35,235 nucleotides of DNA. It comes from an uncultured bacterium (GTDB lineage Bacteria > Gemmatimonadota > Gemmatimonadetes > JACCXV01 > JAHWKZ01). A program made the translations under genes and the position numbers. Shown here one piece after another: positions 8,446-17,096 of this stretch (position 1 is the stretch's first letter; each line of letters begins with the position of its first letter). The notes beneath the pieces are model-generated. The model was not told where the DNA came from. It saw only the letters and a list, made by a program, of their open reading frames with translations, and ran no database searches. The stretch is taken from NCBI GenBank assembly GCA_965365605.1, contig CBDUCI010000003.1, positions 1 through 35,235 on the forward strand, given 5' to 3'.

Positions 8446-9081
8446 GTGGGCATAGCTGATGAGCAACTCGTGGTCGAGGCGCTCGCGGGGTCGCAGAGCG
8501 CGTTCAGGGAAATCGTGCATCGCTTCGAGCGCCCCGTGTTCAACCTCGTTGCCCGCATGGTACACGATCGGACGTTGGCCGAGGACCTCTCGCAGGACGC
8601 GTTCGTAAAAGCGTTCAGCCGTCTCGACACGTACCAGCCAGAACAGGGGAAGTTCTCGAACTGGCTGTTCAAGATCGCCCACAACACAGCCATCGACCAC
8701 CTGCGTCGGCGGGCCATCGATACCGTTTCGTTGGAAGCCGGTAGCGAGGACGAGCCCGACTACGCGTCGACGACACCGGACCCGACGGCTCAGTCGCCGC
8801 TCGAATCGATGGTCCAGACTGATCTGGCGGCCGTCCTTTCAGAGGCGATCGATCGCCTCCGGCCCGAGTACCGCGAGGCGATGGTGCTCCGTCACCAGGA
8901 AGGGTTGGCGTACGAGGAGATCGCCGAGATCATGGAGTTACCTTTGGGAACGGTCAAGACGTACCTCCATCGGGCGCGGAAGGAGCTGGCGGGTGACCTC
9001 TCGGCGGCTGGCTGGGGCCCCGCAGGCCCGGATCTGACGCTTCCCGCGGCGGCTGAAACCCAGCCCCCCCGCCCAGCGTAG
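8446..9081 (+). CDS. ECF RNA polymerase sigma factor (SigW-like)
   Basis: Region 2 AEDLSQDAFVKAF...FSNWLFKIAHNTAIDHLRRR and region 4 LAYEEIAEIMELPLGTVKTYLHRARKEL. The start is probably GTG 8446 or 8440. Confidence 0.95.
   Translation: MGIADEQLVVEALAGSQSAFREIVHRFERPVFNLVARMVHDRTLAEDLSQDAFVKAFSRLDTYQPEQGKFSNWLFKIAHNTAIDHLRRRAIDTVSLEAGSEDEPDYASTTPDPTAQSPLESMVQTDLAAVLSEAIDRLRPEYREAMVLRHQEGLAYEEIAEIMELPLGTVKTYLHRARKELAGDLSAAGWGPAGPDLTLPAAAETQPPRPA
9054..9080 (+). promoter_or_regulatory. Putative internal ECF promoter TGAAAC-N17-CGTA for the downstream genes
   Basis: TGAAAC at 9054-9059 and CGTA at 9077-9080, overlapping the sigma stop codon. AGGAG and ATGs at 9096/9102/9105 follow. Confidence 0.7.
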
Positions 9082-9095
9082 GGCCAGATAGGAGA

Positions 9096-9617
9096 ATGAA
9101 GATGATGCGGAGACTCCAGAACGATCTGAAGCGCTGGCTCGCGGCCGAGGCCGCGGGCGACGAGCGCCAGGCCGAGGATGCGTTTGGCACATTGCTCGCC
9201 TCGGCACCCCGGCTGACACCGTCGGCGGGCTTTGCCGAGCGGGTGCTGTGGGCGATCCAGCCGGCACCGGCGCCACAATTGGCGCTCGGCGCGTGGTGGT
9301 GGAAAGCGGCGATCGTGGCTGCCGTGACGTTGGTTGGTGCAGCCACCGGGCTGCTGCCGCTCGTACAGTGGCTGCCGATCGATGCGCCGAGCTTTGGCGA
9401 GGTCTTGAGGACCGGTGCTGACGGCTTGGTTTGGATCGGCGAGTGGCTCGCGGCGGGGCTCGCGCTGTGGGGGTTCCTGGCCCGGATCGGAACCGCGCTC
9501 CAGGTTGCAGTGGCGACCCCGCAGGTGGCGTCACTGCTTTTGGCGAGCACGCTGATCGGTGTTTCCGCGCTCTATAGTCTGAATCGCTTATTGGCTTTTG
9601 AGAGGAGAACATGGTGA
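9096..9617 (+). CDS. Putative membrane anti-sigma factor
   Basis: Directly downstream of the ECF sigma. Cytoplasmic N-terminus with TPSAGFAERVLWAI (a P..F..RV motif common in anti-sigmas), then about 3 hydrophobic helices. No HxxxCxxC ZAS motif. Confidence 0.65.
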   Translation: MKMMRRLQNDLKRWLAAEAAGDERQAEDAFGTLLASAPRLTPSAGFAERVLWAIQPAPAPQLALGAWWWKAAIVAAVTLVGAATGLLPLVQWLPIDAPSFGEVLRTGADGLVWIGEWLAAGLALWGFLARIGTALQVAVATPQVASLLLASTLIGVSALYSLNRLLAFERRTW

Positions 9618-11047
9618 TGATCGCGTCGACGAATCTCTGGCGCGCCCTGACGCTTGGAGCGTTGCTCATGTTGAGTTTCGCTCCGACCAGCCTGGCGCAG
9701 GCGACCGCGGGATCCGCGGCGCAGGAAATTGCACCCACGTTGGGCGAATTGCGTGACCGGATCGAGCGCCGGTATCAGGTGCTGCCGATTCAGAGCGGCA
9801 TCGTGCTGATGCCCAAGTACCGGACCGACGTCCAGTCGATCGAGTTGGCAAACGGCTCGATAGGCATCGATGGAGAACCGGTGACTGGCGCCGAGTTGAC
9901 CGAACGGGTTGGTCAGGACGCCGAAGATATCACGCGACTTTCGTTCATGGATTCGACGACTCGTCGCGTCCTGTTCGGGATCGGCCCGCCACCAACTGGT
10001 AACCTGGCGGCCGATGCCGCGGCGGACGTGGTTGCCGATGCGGCAACAACCGATGACACCACCGCCGAACCGAGTGATCAAGAAGAGCCGCTGGATGACG
10101 AAGATCATGAGGGCGCCACGTTCGTCAGCGAGGAAGGCGACCAAGTTCGGGTCGGCGGAAGCGTCACCGTTCCAGCTGGCAGGCACGTCGAAGGGGACGT
10201 AGTGGCGGTTGGCGGCTCGGCGCGTGTGGATGGTCACGTAGATGGCTCCGTCGTTGCGGTCGGCGGCTCGGTCCGGTTGGGCCCCAACGCGGTGGTCGAA
10301 GGCGAGGTAACGTCGGTCGGTGGCACGATCCATCGTGCGCCGGGCGCGGTGGTCCATGGTGCCGTCAATGAGGTCGCCTTCGGACCAAACTTCGACTTCC
10401 ACCCTGGATGGGTCGGTTTCAGCCCGATGATCGGTGAGATCGGTGGGTTGATCGGTACCGTGCTGTGGATCGCCTTCCTGGCGTTCATCGCTAGCCTGGC
10501 GTTTTTGCTGGGGCGTGGCCCGATCGAGCGGATGGAGTATCGGATGGCGACCTCGGCGTGGAAGGCCGCGGCCGTGGGTCTAGTCTCGTGGCTCTTGTTT
10601 ATCCCCGTGTTGGTCATGACGACGGTGATTCTCGCCATCTCGATCATCGGGATCCCGCTGTTGCTGGTGATACCGTTCGCGATGTTGGCGTTGGCGATCG
10701 GGATCCTGCTCGGTTTCGTTGCTGTCGCCAAGTACATCGGCCACGAGGCTGAGCGGCGATTTGGGTGGGATCACACGAATCCGTACCTGTCGATTCTGGT
10801 TGGTGTCGGTTTTCTAACGGTGCTGACGCTGTTTGGCGGGGCGCTCGGGTTGATCGGTGGTCCGTTCGGGATCTTTGGTGCGATTCTGACGGCGATCGGG
10901 CTGGTGATCCAGTTTGCCGCCTGGACGATCGGCTTTGGGTTGTTCCTGCTGACCCGCTTCGGGACCCGCTACAGCTGGGGCAACGGGGAGACCCCCGAGC
11001 GCCCGGCGTCGGTCCCCGCTCCGAGCGGCTTCGCCCCAACCGAATAG
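9611..11047 (+). CDS. Membrane protein with bactofilin-like (polymer-forming) beta-helix repeats
   Basis: Signal peptide (..PTSLA|Q), repeated GDVVAVGGS/GSVVAVGGS/GEVTSVGGT units, then about 5-6 TM segments. AGGAG precedes the ATG. Confidence 0.8.
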   Translation: MVMIASTNLWRALTLGALLMLSFAPTSLAQATAGSAAQEIAPTLGELRDRIERRYQVLPIQSGIVLMPKYRTDVQSIELANGSIGIDGEPVTGAELTERVGQDAEDITRLSFMDSTTRRVLFGIGPPPTGNLAADAAADVVADAATTDDTTAEPSDQEEPLDDEDHEGATFVSEEGDQVRVGGSVTVPAGRHVEGDVVAVGGSARVDGHVDGSVVAVGGSVRLGPNAVVEGEVTSVGGTIHRAPGAVVHGAVNEVAFGPNFDFHPGWVGFSPMIGEIGGLIGTVLWIAFLAFIASLAFLLGRGPIERMEYRMATSAWKAAAVGLVSWLLFIPVLVMTTVILAISIIGIPLLLVIPFAMLALAIGILLGFVAVAKYIGHEAERRFGWDHTNPYLSILVGVGFLTVLTLFGGALGLIGGPFGIFGAILTAIGLVIQFAAWTIGFGLFLLTRFGTRYSWGNGETPERPASVPAPSGFAPTE

Positions 11048-11062
11048 CTACACGGAACTCTT

Positions 11063-11098
11063 CCCCTCCTCGGGTGGTACATTTCGCCCGAGGAGGGG
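11063..11098. promoter_or_regulatory. Perfect 12-bp inverted repeat covering the SD of the next gene
   Basis: cccctcctcggg (11063-11074) pairs with cccgaggagggg (11087-11098). The 12-nt loop contains TGGTACATT. Confidence 0.7.
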
Positions 11099-11107
11099 CA
11101 TTCTCTA

Positions 11108-11614
11108 ATGCTGACATATCTATTGCGATCGACGGTCTCGCTATCGCTGGCGCTTGTGGCGACGTTGTCGCTCGCTGCGACCACGCTAGCCCAGGCCCCG
11201 ACCGATGGCGCATCCCGGTCGTATCGGGTGATCCTGTTCTTGGCCGAGGATGGAGCGCCGAAGGACGTCGAGATCCAGCGCCTCAAGGAAGTCTGGCGCG
11301 AGGGCGAGGGGGCCGACCGACTGCAGCAGTTGCTCGCTACCCGCGAGGTTCGGCGGTTGGACGAGGTTACGATTCTTCCCGGCCGCGAGACCCCGGTCGT
11401 CCAGATGGGCGACGTGACGGTGCGGGTGAATGGGGTTCTCAAGGAGCCCCGCCGTGATCGGATGTTTCTCCGCGTCGAAGTCGATGGGGGCGAGGAGGCA
11501 TTCGTCAAGGAGATGATCTCGCGCTTCGATGAAACGATCGTTGTCGCCTACCCGTTGGCTCGCGGCGACCGATCGATCGTTGCCCTGATCGTGCCCACCC
11601 GGGGCTCTCCTTAG
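11108..11614 (+). CDS. Hypothetical secreted protein
   Basis: Clear signal peptide (..AATTLA|Q), SD upstream, GC-rich codon usage. No family recognised. Confidence 0.75.
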   Translation: MLTYLLRSTVSLSLALVATLSLAATTLAQAPTDGASRSYRVILFLAEDGAPKDVEIQRLKEVWREGEGADRLQQLLATREVRRLDEVTILPGRETPVVQMGDVTVRVNGVLKEPRRDRMFLRVEVDGGEEAFVKEMISRFDETIVVAYPLARGDRSIVALIVPTRGSP

Positions 11615-11678
11615 GTCTTTTCTGCGAAATCGGGCTGGACTAGGTTGTCGGCCTAACGATCGACTTTGCCCAAACCCC

Positions 11679-12446
11679 GTGAATCTCATGGTTAGCAAAA
11701 CCGCCGAGATCGGTGTCACAGAGTATCTCCGCCGCAACCCCCGCCGTCCGGTGTTGGCTTTCGACGTGGTCCCTGCCTACCGGCGTTACGAGTTGCGACT
11801 GGCTCGTTATCAGGACATGGTGCCCGCGGTGCGTGACCTGTCGCGATCGGGCGAGATGTTGGAAATCCTAGACGTCGGGTCGGGAACCGGACCCGCCAAG
11901 CGGTTCATTGATCATGCCGGCGTGGCGGCCCGCTGGACTGGGATCGAGATCCACCCGGATCGGATCGAACTCTGCAGGCAACTCGGCTACGATCGAATCA
12001 TCGACGATCACGATCTTGAGCGGGGCCCGCTTCCGATGAGTGCAGACTCCTTTGACGTCGTCATCGCCAGCCATGTCTTGGAACACCTGGAGAATGCAAG
12101 TGCAGCGCTGGAGGACTGGATGCGGGTGTTGCGACCCGGCGGCTTGTTGATACTCGGCGTACCGATGCACTTACCTCCGGTTGCAAAGTTGGCTCGCGCA
12201 CGCTTCCGCTACCGGGGTCGGAAGCGCACCCGCGCTCACTGCCACTTCTTCTCCATGCGCTCGCTGAGCGAGCTGTTGCGTCCTTATCCGGTCAGTGCGA
12301 TTCGGGGCTTTCGGCTGATTTCAGCCCGTAAATGGCTGCCGTTGGAGGATTATCGCTGGTTCTATCTCGTCAACCGCAGAATTGGGCGTCGATTCCCTGC
12401 ATTAGCGGCCGAAGTCAACGTTGAGATTCGGAAGCCGCTGAAATGA
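11679..12446 (+). CDS. Class I SAM-dependent methyltransferase
   Basis: ILDVGSGTG, FDVVIASHVLEH and VLRPGG motifs. Start GTG 11679 or ATG 11688. Confidence 0.88.
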   Translation: MNLMVSKTAEIGVTEYLRRNPRRPVLAFDVVPAYRRYELRLARYQDMVPAVRDLSRSGEMLEILDVGSGTGPAKRFIDHAGVAARWTGIEIHPDRIELCRQLGYDRIIDDHDLERGPLPMSADSFDVVIASHVLEHLENASAALEDWMRVLRPGGLLILGVPMHLPPVAKLARARFRYRGRKRTRAHCHFFSMRSLSELLRPYPVSAIRGFRLISARKWLPLEDYRWFYLVNRRIGRRFPALAAEVNVEIRKPLK

Positions 12447-12973
12447 AAACGCGACGCCTCTCGGTCATGATCTCGGCTCTATTCCTGGGTTTGCTGGTTG
12501 CCTGTGGCTCTGGCTCAGACGAGTTCCCATCGTCCAACTGGACCGGAAAGTACGCCACCCGGATTGTGCAGTCGTCGACTGATTGCGTCGACGCCGATGG
12601 ACCACCAGTCATGACCGGGTTCATCATGGACGTTGTGCAACTGACGACCAATAAGACGACGATCAAGATGAACCCGATCGTAGAGTTCAAAGGTGAGTTC
12701 GTCGGTGATCACGTCGAAGCGACGATGCACGTCGATCAGCCCGTTTCGCTACCTGACTCGATCGTCGCCCGCGCGACCCCGGCAGACTCTTTGGACGTTA
12801 TTACCTATTTGCTGGCTGCGGATTTTGAAAGCGATGGATTCGAGGGCGTGTACGTTGTGCGCTCTCCCGACCTTCGCGCGTTGATAAACCACAACCGTGG
12901 AGGCCGGTGCGACTTCCGCTACCAACTCGCGGGCACGCGGTTTGTGGCGATAGTCCCGGAGTCGGAAGACTAG
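12443..12973 (+). CDS. Hypothetical lipoprotein
   Basis: MKTRR n-region, hydrophobic core and lipobox LVAC. ATGA overlap with the upstream gene. Confidence 0.75.
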   Translation: MKTRRLSVMISALFLGLLVACGSGSDEFPSSNWTGKYATRIVQSSTDCVDADGPPVMTGFIMDVVQLTTNKTTIKMNPIVEFKGEFVGDHVEATMHVDQPVSLPDSIVARATPADSLDVITYLLAADFESDGFEGVYVVRSPDLRALINHNRGGRCDFRYQLAGTRFVAIVPESED

Positions 12974-14064
12974 GCCTCCAGCACTCGGCGCACGCCTACG
13001 AGCCAACTCGCCAGACGATTCCCGAACTCCGACTGCATCGGATCCGCCGGATTGAGCGTATCCCAAGCGACCCCGTTGCGGGTCGTTGACGCATGCACCA
13101 TCTGTCCGCCGGTGGTCAAGATTCCGACGTGAGTCACGCGCTCGCCGGGTGGCTCGGCGAAGAACGCCAAATCTCCATCGCGGATCGCACCCCAACCAGC
13201 GTCGGGCTCGATGGGGGCTCCGATCGCGAATTGCTGATCCGAGTCGCGCGGCAGGTACACCCCGTGGAGGCCGTATACCCGTTGGACGAGACCCGAGCAG
13301 TCAAACCCCTTCTCGGACGTGCCGCCCCACAGGTAGGGAAGGCCCATGAAGGTCGAGGCGTGGGCGACGATCGCCGAGCCATCGTGTGGATAAACATCGT
13401 TCAGGTGGTCGCACCGCACGGCGGCCTCGGCTTCGATCCACCCCCGGGTGCCATCGGGGAGCGTTAGCTCGAGGGCGTCGTCCCGGGCGCGAGCGTCAAC
13501 GATCGCCCCCTGCACGAGGTCGGCCACGATCGGCGCTTCGAGCTCTGGGGCCTGCCGTGCGACGGCTGCGCGGGCGACGACGATCCACGATCCTTCGCGG
13601 AATTGATTGGTGGCGAGCCGGCCCCGGTACTCGCCGGGATCGCCAGGATCGGACAGCAAGCACGCGCCGTGGTGAACCCACGCCACGTAGCTGTCGCCGG
13701 TCTGCACCTGCAGCCAATCGCCGCTGCGACGCAGCGCGAGCGCTTCCTCACCCATGATCATCTGGGAAACCATCTCGCCGGTATGACTTGGATCTCGTCG
13801 CAGGTACGCCAGGCTCCTGTGTGCTACGGCGCGGATCGAACCCTTTAGTGCCGGCTCGGGCAACAGCTGCACGTCGACCTCAGTGTGATCAGCAGCTTTC
13901 GCTCGCAGCTCCTCGAGCCCCGCGGCGGACGTCGTCGCGCCGCTCAAGCGCACCTCGCCGTTGGATGTGCGGTCGACGGTGATGTCCCACACGCCTAGCC
14001 GGGGGTCGGGAACGTGCCGCGCACCCAGCTCAATCGAGCGTTCTTCCCAGTTGGAGCCGCTCAC
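12970..14064 (-). CDS. NlpC/P60 (C40) peptidase with SH3b-like domains, YkfC/dipeptidyl-peptidase VI-like
   Basis: PYLWGG, FDCSG, LPRDSDQQ, GDLAFF, HVG and HAS catalytic motifs. SH3b-like segments (SQMIMGE..WLQVQ..YVAWV). No signal peptide seen. Confidence 0.9.
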   Translation of the reverse strand: MSGSNWEERSIELGARHVPDPRLGVWDITVDRTSNGEVRLSGATTSAAGLEELRAKAADHTEVDVQLLPEPALKGSIRAVAHRSLAYLRRDPSHTGEMVSQMIMGEEALALRRSGDWLQVQTGDSYVAWVHHGACLLSDPGDPGEYRGRLATNQFREGSWIVVARAAVARQAPELEAPIVADLVQGAIVDARARDDALELTLPDGTRGWIEAEAAVRCDHLNDVYPHDGSAIVAHASTFMGLPYLWGGTSEKGFDCSGLVQRVYGLHGVYLPRDSDQQFAIGAPIEPDAGWGAIRDGDLAFFAEPPGERVTHVGILTTGGQMVHASTTRNGVAWDTLNPADPMQSEFGNRLASWLVGVRRVLEA

Positions 14065-15908
14065 GACGGCTCGGCGGCTAACCGTCGCCGCTGCTCCTGG
14101 TCTGCGAACTGAAGCTCGTACAACCGCGCATAGACGCCCTCGTGAGCCAATAGCTCCTGGTGAGTTCCATTCTCGCAGACCACTCCCTTGTGCAAGACGA
14201 CGATCTGGTCGACGCGCCGAATCGTCGACAACCGGTGGGCTATGACGATCGACGAGCGGGCAACCATCAGCTGTCCGATCGCCTCCTCGATCAACACTTC
14301 GCTGGCGCTGTCAACGCTCGAGGTCGCTTCATCCAAGACGAGTACTGGAGGATCGTGAGCCAAGACTCGGGCGAACGCGACGAGTTGCTTCTGCCCGGTC
14401 GAGAGAGACCGTCCCCGCTCGCCGACTTCGGTATCGGCAAGATCTGGGAGCTCGTCCACGAACTCGTTGGCTCCGATCGCCTCCAAGGCCGCAGTGACTT
14501 GACGGTCGTCTACGCCAACGGCATCCAGATGAACGTTGTCCGCCACCGAGCGTGAGAACAGGAAAACGTCTTGCAGGACGAGGCCTACTCGACGACTGAG
14601 GTCGTCCCGTGGGTACTCCCGCACGTCCAGTCCATCGAGCAAGATCCGCCCTTTGGTTGGCTCATAGAATCCGCACAGGAGGCTGGCACAGGTCGTTTTT
14701 CCGGAGCCGGTCGGGCCCACCAACGCCAGCTTCTCACCCGGCCGGACGTCAAACGACACTCCGCGCAGCACCCATGAGTCCGGCGTGTATCGGAACCACA
14801 CGTCGTCGAATACGATCCCCCCGCTTGGCTGTGGCAACTGGCGCCCGCCACTAGCCGGCGCCGGCGCCAGCGGTTCGTCGAGCAATGTGATCAGTCGTTC
14901 CCCAGAGGCCATCGCCGCCTGCAGCAGGTTGTACTTCTCGGCCAGATCTCGGATGGGCCGGAAAAACTTCTGGGCATACTGAAGAAAAGCCACTAGTGCG
15001 CCAAACGTAAGGGCTCCTTTCAAGATCTCGCCGCCGCCGTACCAGACGATGAGTGCGACCGCAAGCGCTCCCACCAACTCGATCAACGGGTAGAACAATG
15101 CGTAGTAGTGCACTGAGGCGAGCTGTGCGCTCTGGTGTTCACGGTTGATGTCTGCGAACTCGGCCGCGCTCGCGCGCTCCTGACGAAACAGCTGCACGAC
15201 TACTAAGCCCGAAACGCGCTCCTGCAAGTAGGCGTTGAGTCTCGCCAGCTGTCGCCGGATCTCGCGTTGCGCGTCGCGCATGCGGCGTCTCAACGGAAAC
15301 GAAATCGCGAGCACCAGCGGAACAACCAGCAACGTAATGACGGCCAACTCAGCGTTGACGGCGAACATCATTATGGCGATCGCAACCAACATAAGGGCGT
15401 CACTGAGCACCGCGACGACGCCGGACGAGAAAAGCTCGTTCAACACCTCGACATCCGATGTGACACGTGTCACCAACCGACCGATCGGCTGACGATCGAA
15501 GAAAGACACTGGCAATCGCTGTAGGCGCTCGAACAGCCGTTCGCGCAGATCGTGCATGGCCTGCTGGCCGACCCAGCCGGTTAGATACGTTTCACCGTAG
15601 CCGACACCGAACTCGAGCACGAGCAGGCCCAGATAGACGAGGGCGATTGTGAGGAGGCCCCTCAAATCACCGGTAGCGATGTAGCGATCGATGGCGACCT
15701 TGACGAGATACGGCTGGAGGGCCTCGATGGACGCCAGCGCGATCAGCAGCGCCAGCGCACCAGCGACGTGCTTTCGGTATGGGACCAGGAACGCCAGCAA
15801 CCGCCGCGCGACCTGGGAGTCATAGGGTGCGTGCAGCGGTTCGTCCACGCTGCGGCTCACGATTTCTGTGGGCCGGGAAGAAATTCGGGTCGCTTCATCG
15901 TTGCGCAA
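14061..15908 (-). CDS. ABC exporter half-transporter (TMD+NBD), MdlB/YheH-like
   Basis: Hydrophobic TMD, Walker A GPTGSGKT, degenerate signature LSTGQ, Walker B VLVLDEAT and AHRLST. Confidence 0.93.
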   Translation of the reverse strand: MRNDEATRISSRPTEIVSRSVDEPLHAPYDSQVARRLLAFLVPYRKHVAGALALLIALASIEALQPYLVKVAIDRYIATGDLRGLLTIALVYLGLLVLEFGVGYGETYLTGWVGQQAMHDLRERLFERLQRLPVSFFDRQPIGRLVTRVTSDVEVLNELFSSGVVAVLSDALMLVAIAIMMFAVNAELAVITLLVVPLVLAISFPLRRRMRDAQREIRRQLARLNAYLQERVSGLVVVQLFRQERASAAEFADINREHQSAQLASVHYYALFYPLIELVGALAVALIVWYGGGEILKGALTFGALVAFLQYAQKFFRPIRDLAEKYNLLQAAMASGERLITLLDEPLAPAPASGGRQLPQPSGGIVFDDVWFRYTPDSWVLRGVSFDVRPGEKLALVGPTGSGKTTCASLLCGFYEPTKGRILLDGLDVREYPRDDLSRRVGLVLQDVFLFSRSVADNVHLDAVGVDDRQVTAALEAIGANEFVDELPDLADTEVGERGRSLSTGQKQLVAFARVLAHDPPVLVLDEATSSVDSASEVLIEEAIGQLMVARSSIVIAHRLSTIRRVDQIVVLHKGVVCENGTHQELLAHEGVYARLYELQFADQEQRRRLAAEPS

Positions 15909-16052
15909 AGGTGCCGGCCCGCGCAGCGTGGGTCAAGCAACCCGGCGGGGTTAGCTTCATTCGTTTAGCGGATGTCGATCCGGACCCGTACCGCTGGCCT
16001 GGGGTACATTTCTACGAATCGATCGGTGATCCGCTGAACGGAAGGAGTTCCG

Positions 16053-16388
16053 ATGAAACTGCGGGCGACGGCCATACCGTGGTTGTTCGTCGCCATTTTG
16101 GCGGCGGGTGCGTGTGAGCAGGGCGGTGAAACGGTGGTCGATGAGGCTCGTGTCGATGATCGCCTGGGTTCGCTCAACGTGGTGAACGCTGCTGACGAGC
16201 CGGTAACGGTGTACTTGGATGGCGAAGAGGTGTATTCGGTTCCGCCAGGAACGGCGTATACGTTCCGTAATCTGCCCACGCGCGAGGTTTCGATCTATGG
16301 TGTGGGGCGGGTCACCGAGCGCCACTATGGATTGCCAAAGCTGACGATCGAAGCGGGAGGAGAGTACGAGTGGACGATTCGCCAGTGA
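16053..16388 (+). CDS. Small hypothetical lipoprotein
   Basis: AAGGAG SD, signal peptide with AGAC lipobox, and a beta-rich mature part. Confidence 0.75.
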   Translation: MKLRATAIPWLFVAILAAGACEQGGETVVDEARVDDRLGSLNVVNAADEPVTVYLDGEEVYSVPPGTAYTFRNLPTREVSIYGVGRVTERHYGLPKLTIEAGGEYEWTIRQ

Positions 16389-17089
16389 TACGGGACGAAC
16401 CCGAGGTCCCATCGGTGGGCAGGCGTCAGCGGGGTTTGGGGCCCGCCGCCAGCATGCTCGTCCTGGGCGTCTTGATCGGCCTCGGCATTGGCTGGCTGAC
16501 ATGGCGCGAAACCCCCGGCTCAGGCCGCGCTGTTGCTGCGGGACCCTTGTCCGAGTCGACTGTCCTGGTACACGGCGTCGACGTCGGCGCAGACCCGGTT
16601 CTCGGTCCCGAGAATGCTCCGATCACGATCGTCGAGTTCTCCGATTTTGAATGTCCGTTCTGCGAGAAGTTTGCGCGCGAGACAGCGCCCGCGTTGAGGC
16701 GTCAATATGGCGATAAGATCCGCTGGATCTTCGTCAACAACCCGCTGCAGTCGATCCACCCCAAGGCCTATGACTTGGCGCTAGCTGGCGAGTGCGCACA
16801 CGAGCAGGGTCTTTTCTGGCAGTGGTACGACGTCATATTTAGTGGCCGATTCGGAACCGACGATGAGGCCGTGGCGGCTGCGGGCCGAGCGATCGAAGTC
16901 GACGAGGAGCAGTTCGAGGCTTGCTATCGTAACGCCGATCACGCCGCCGAGGTGGCCACCGACTTGAAGGAAGCGCAGAAGTTCTACATCCTCGGTACGC
17001 CGACCTTTTTTGTGAACGGTCAGCGCCTCGAGGGCGCCCTGCCAGCCGAGGTCTTCGCTGAAGTCATCGACGAGCTGCTGGGCGCGTAG
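16385..17089 (+). CDS. DsbA-family thioredoxin-fold protein
   Basis: APITIVEFSDFECPFC and cis-Pro loop GTPTFFVNG, with an N-terminal TM anchor. GTGA overlap with the upstream gene. Confidence 0.92.
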   Translation: MIRDEPEVPSVGRRQRGLGPAASMLVLGVLIGLGIGWLTWRETPGSGRAVAAGPLSESTVLVHGVDVGADPVLGPENAPITIVEFSDFECPFCEKFARETAPALRRQYGDKIRWIFVNNPLQSIHPKAYDLALAGECAHEQGLFWQWYDVIFSGRFGTDDEAVAAAGRAIEVDEEQFEACYRNADHAAEVATDLKEAQKFYILGTPTFFVNGQRLEGALPAEVFAEVIDELLGA

Positions 17090-17096
17090 CCCCTCT

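Noticed and set aside
8406-8717. N-terminal extension of UbiE overlapping the sigma gene
   Set aside because: Antisense to conserved sigma region 2 and unlike UbiE.
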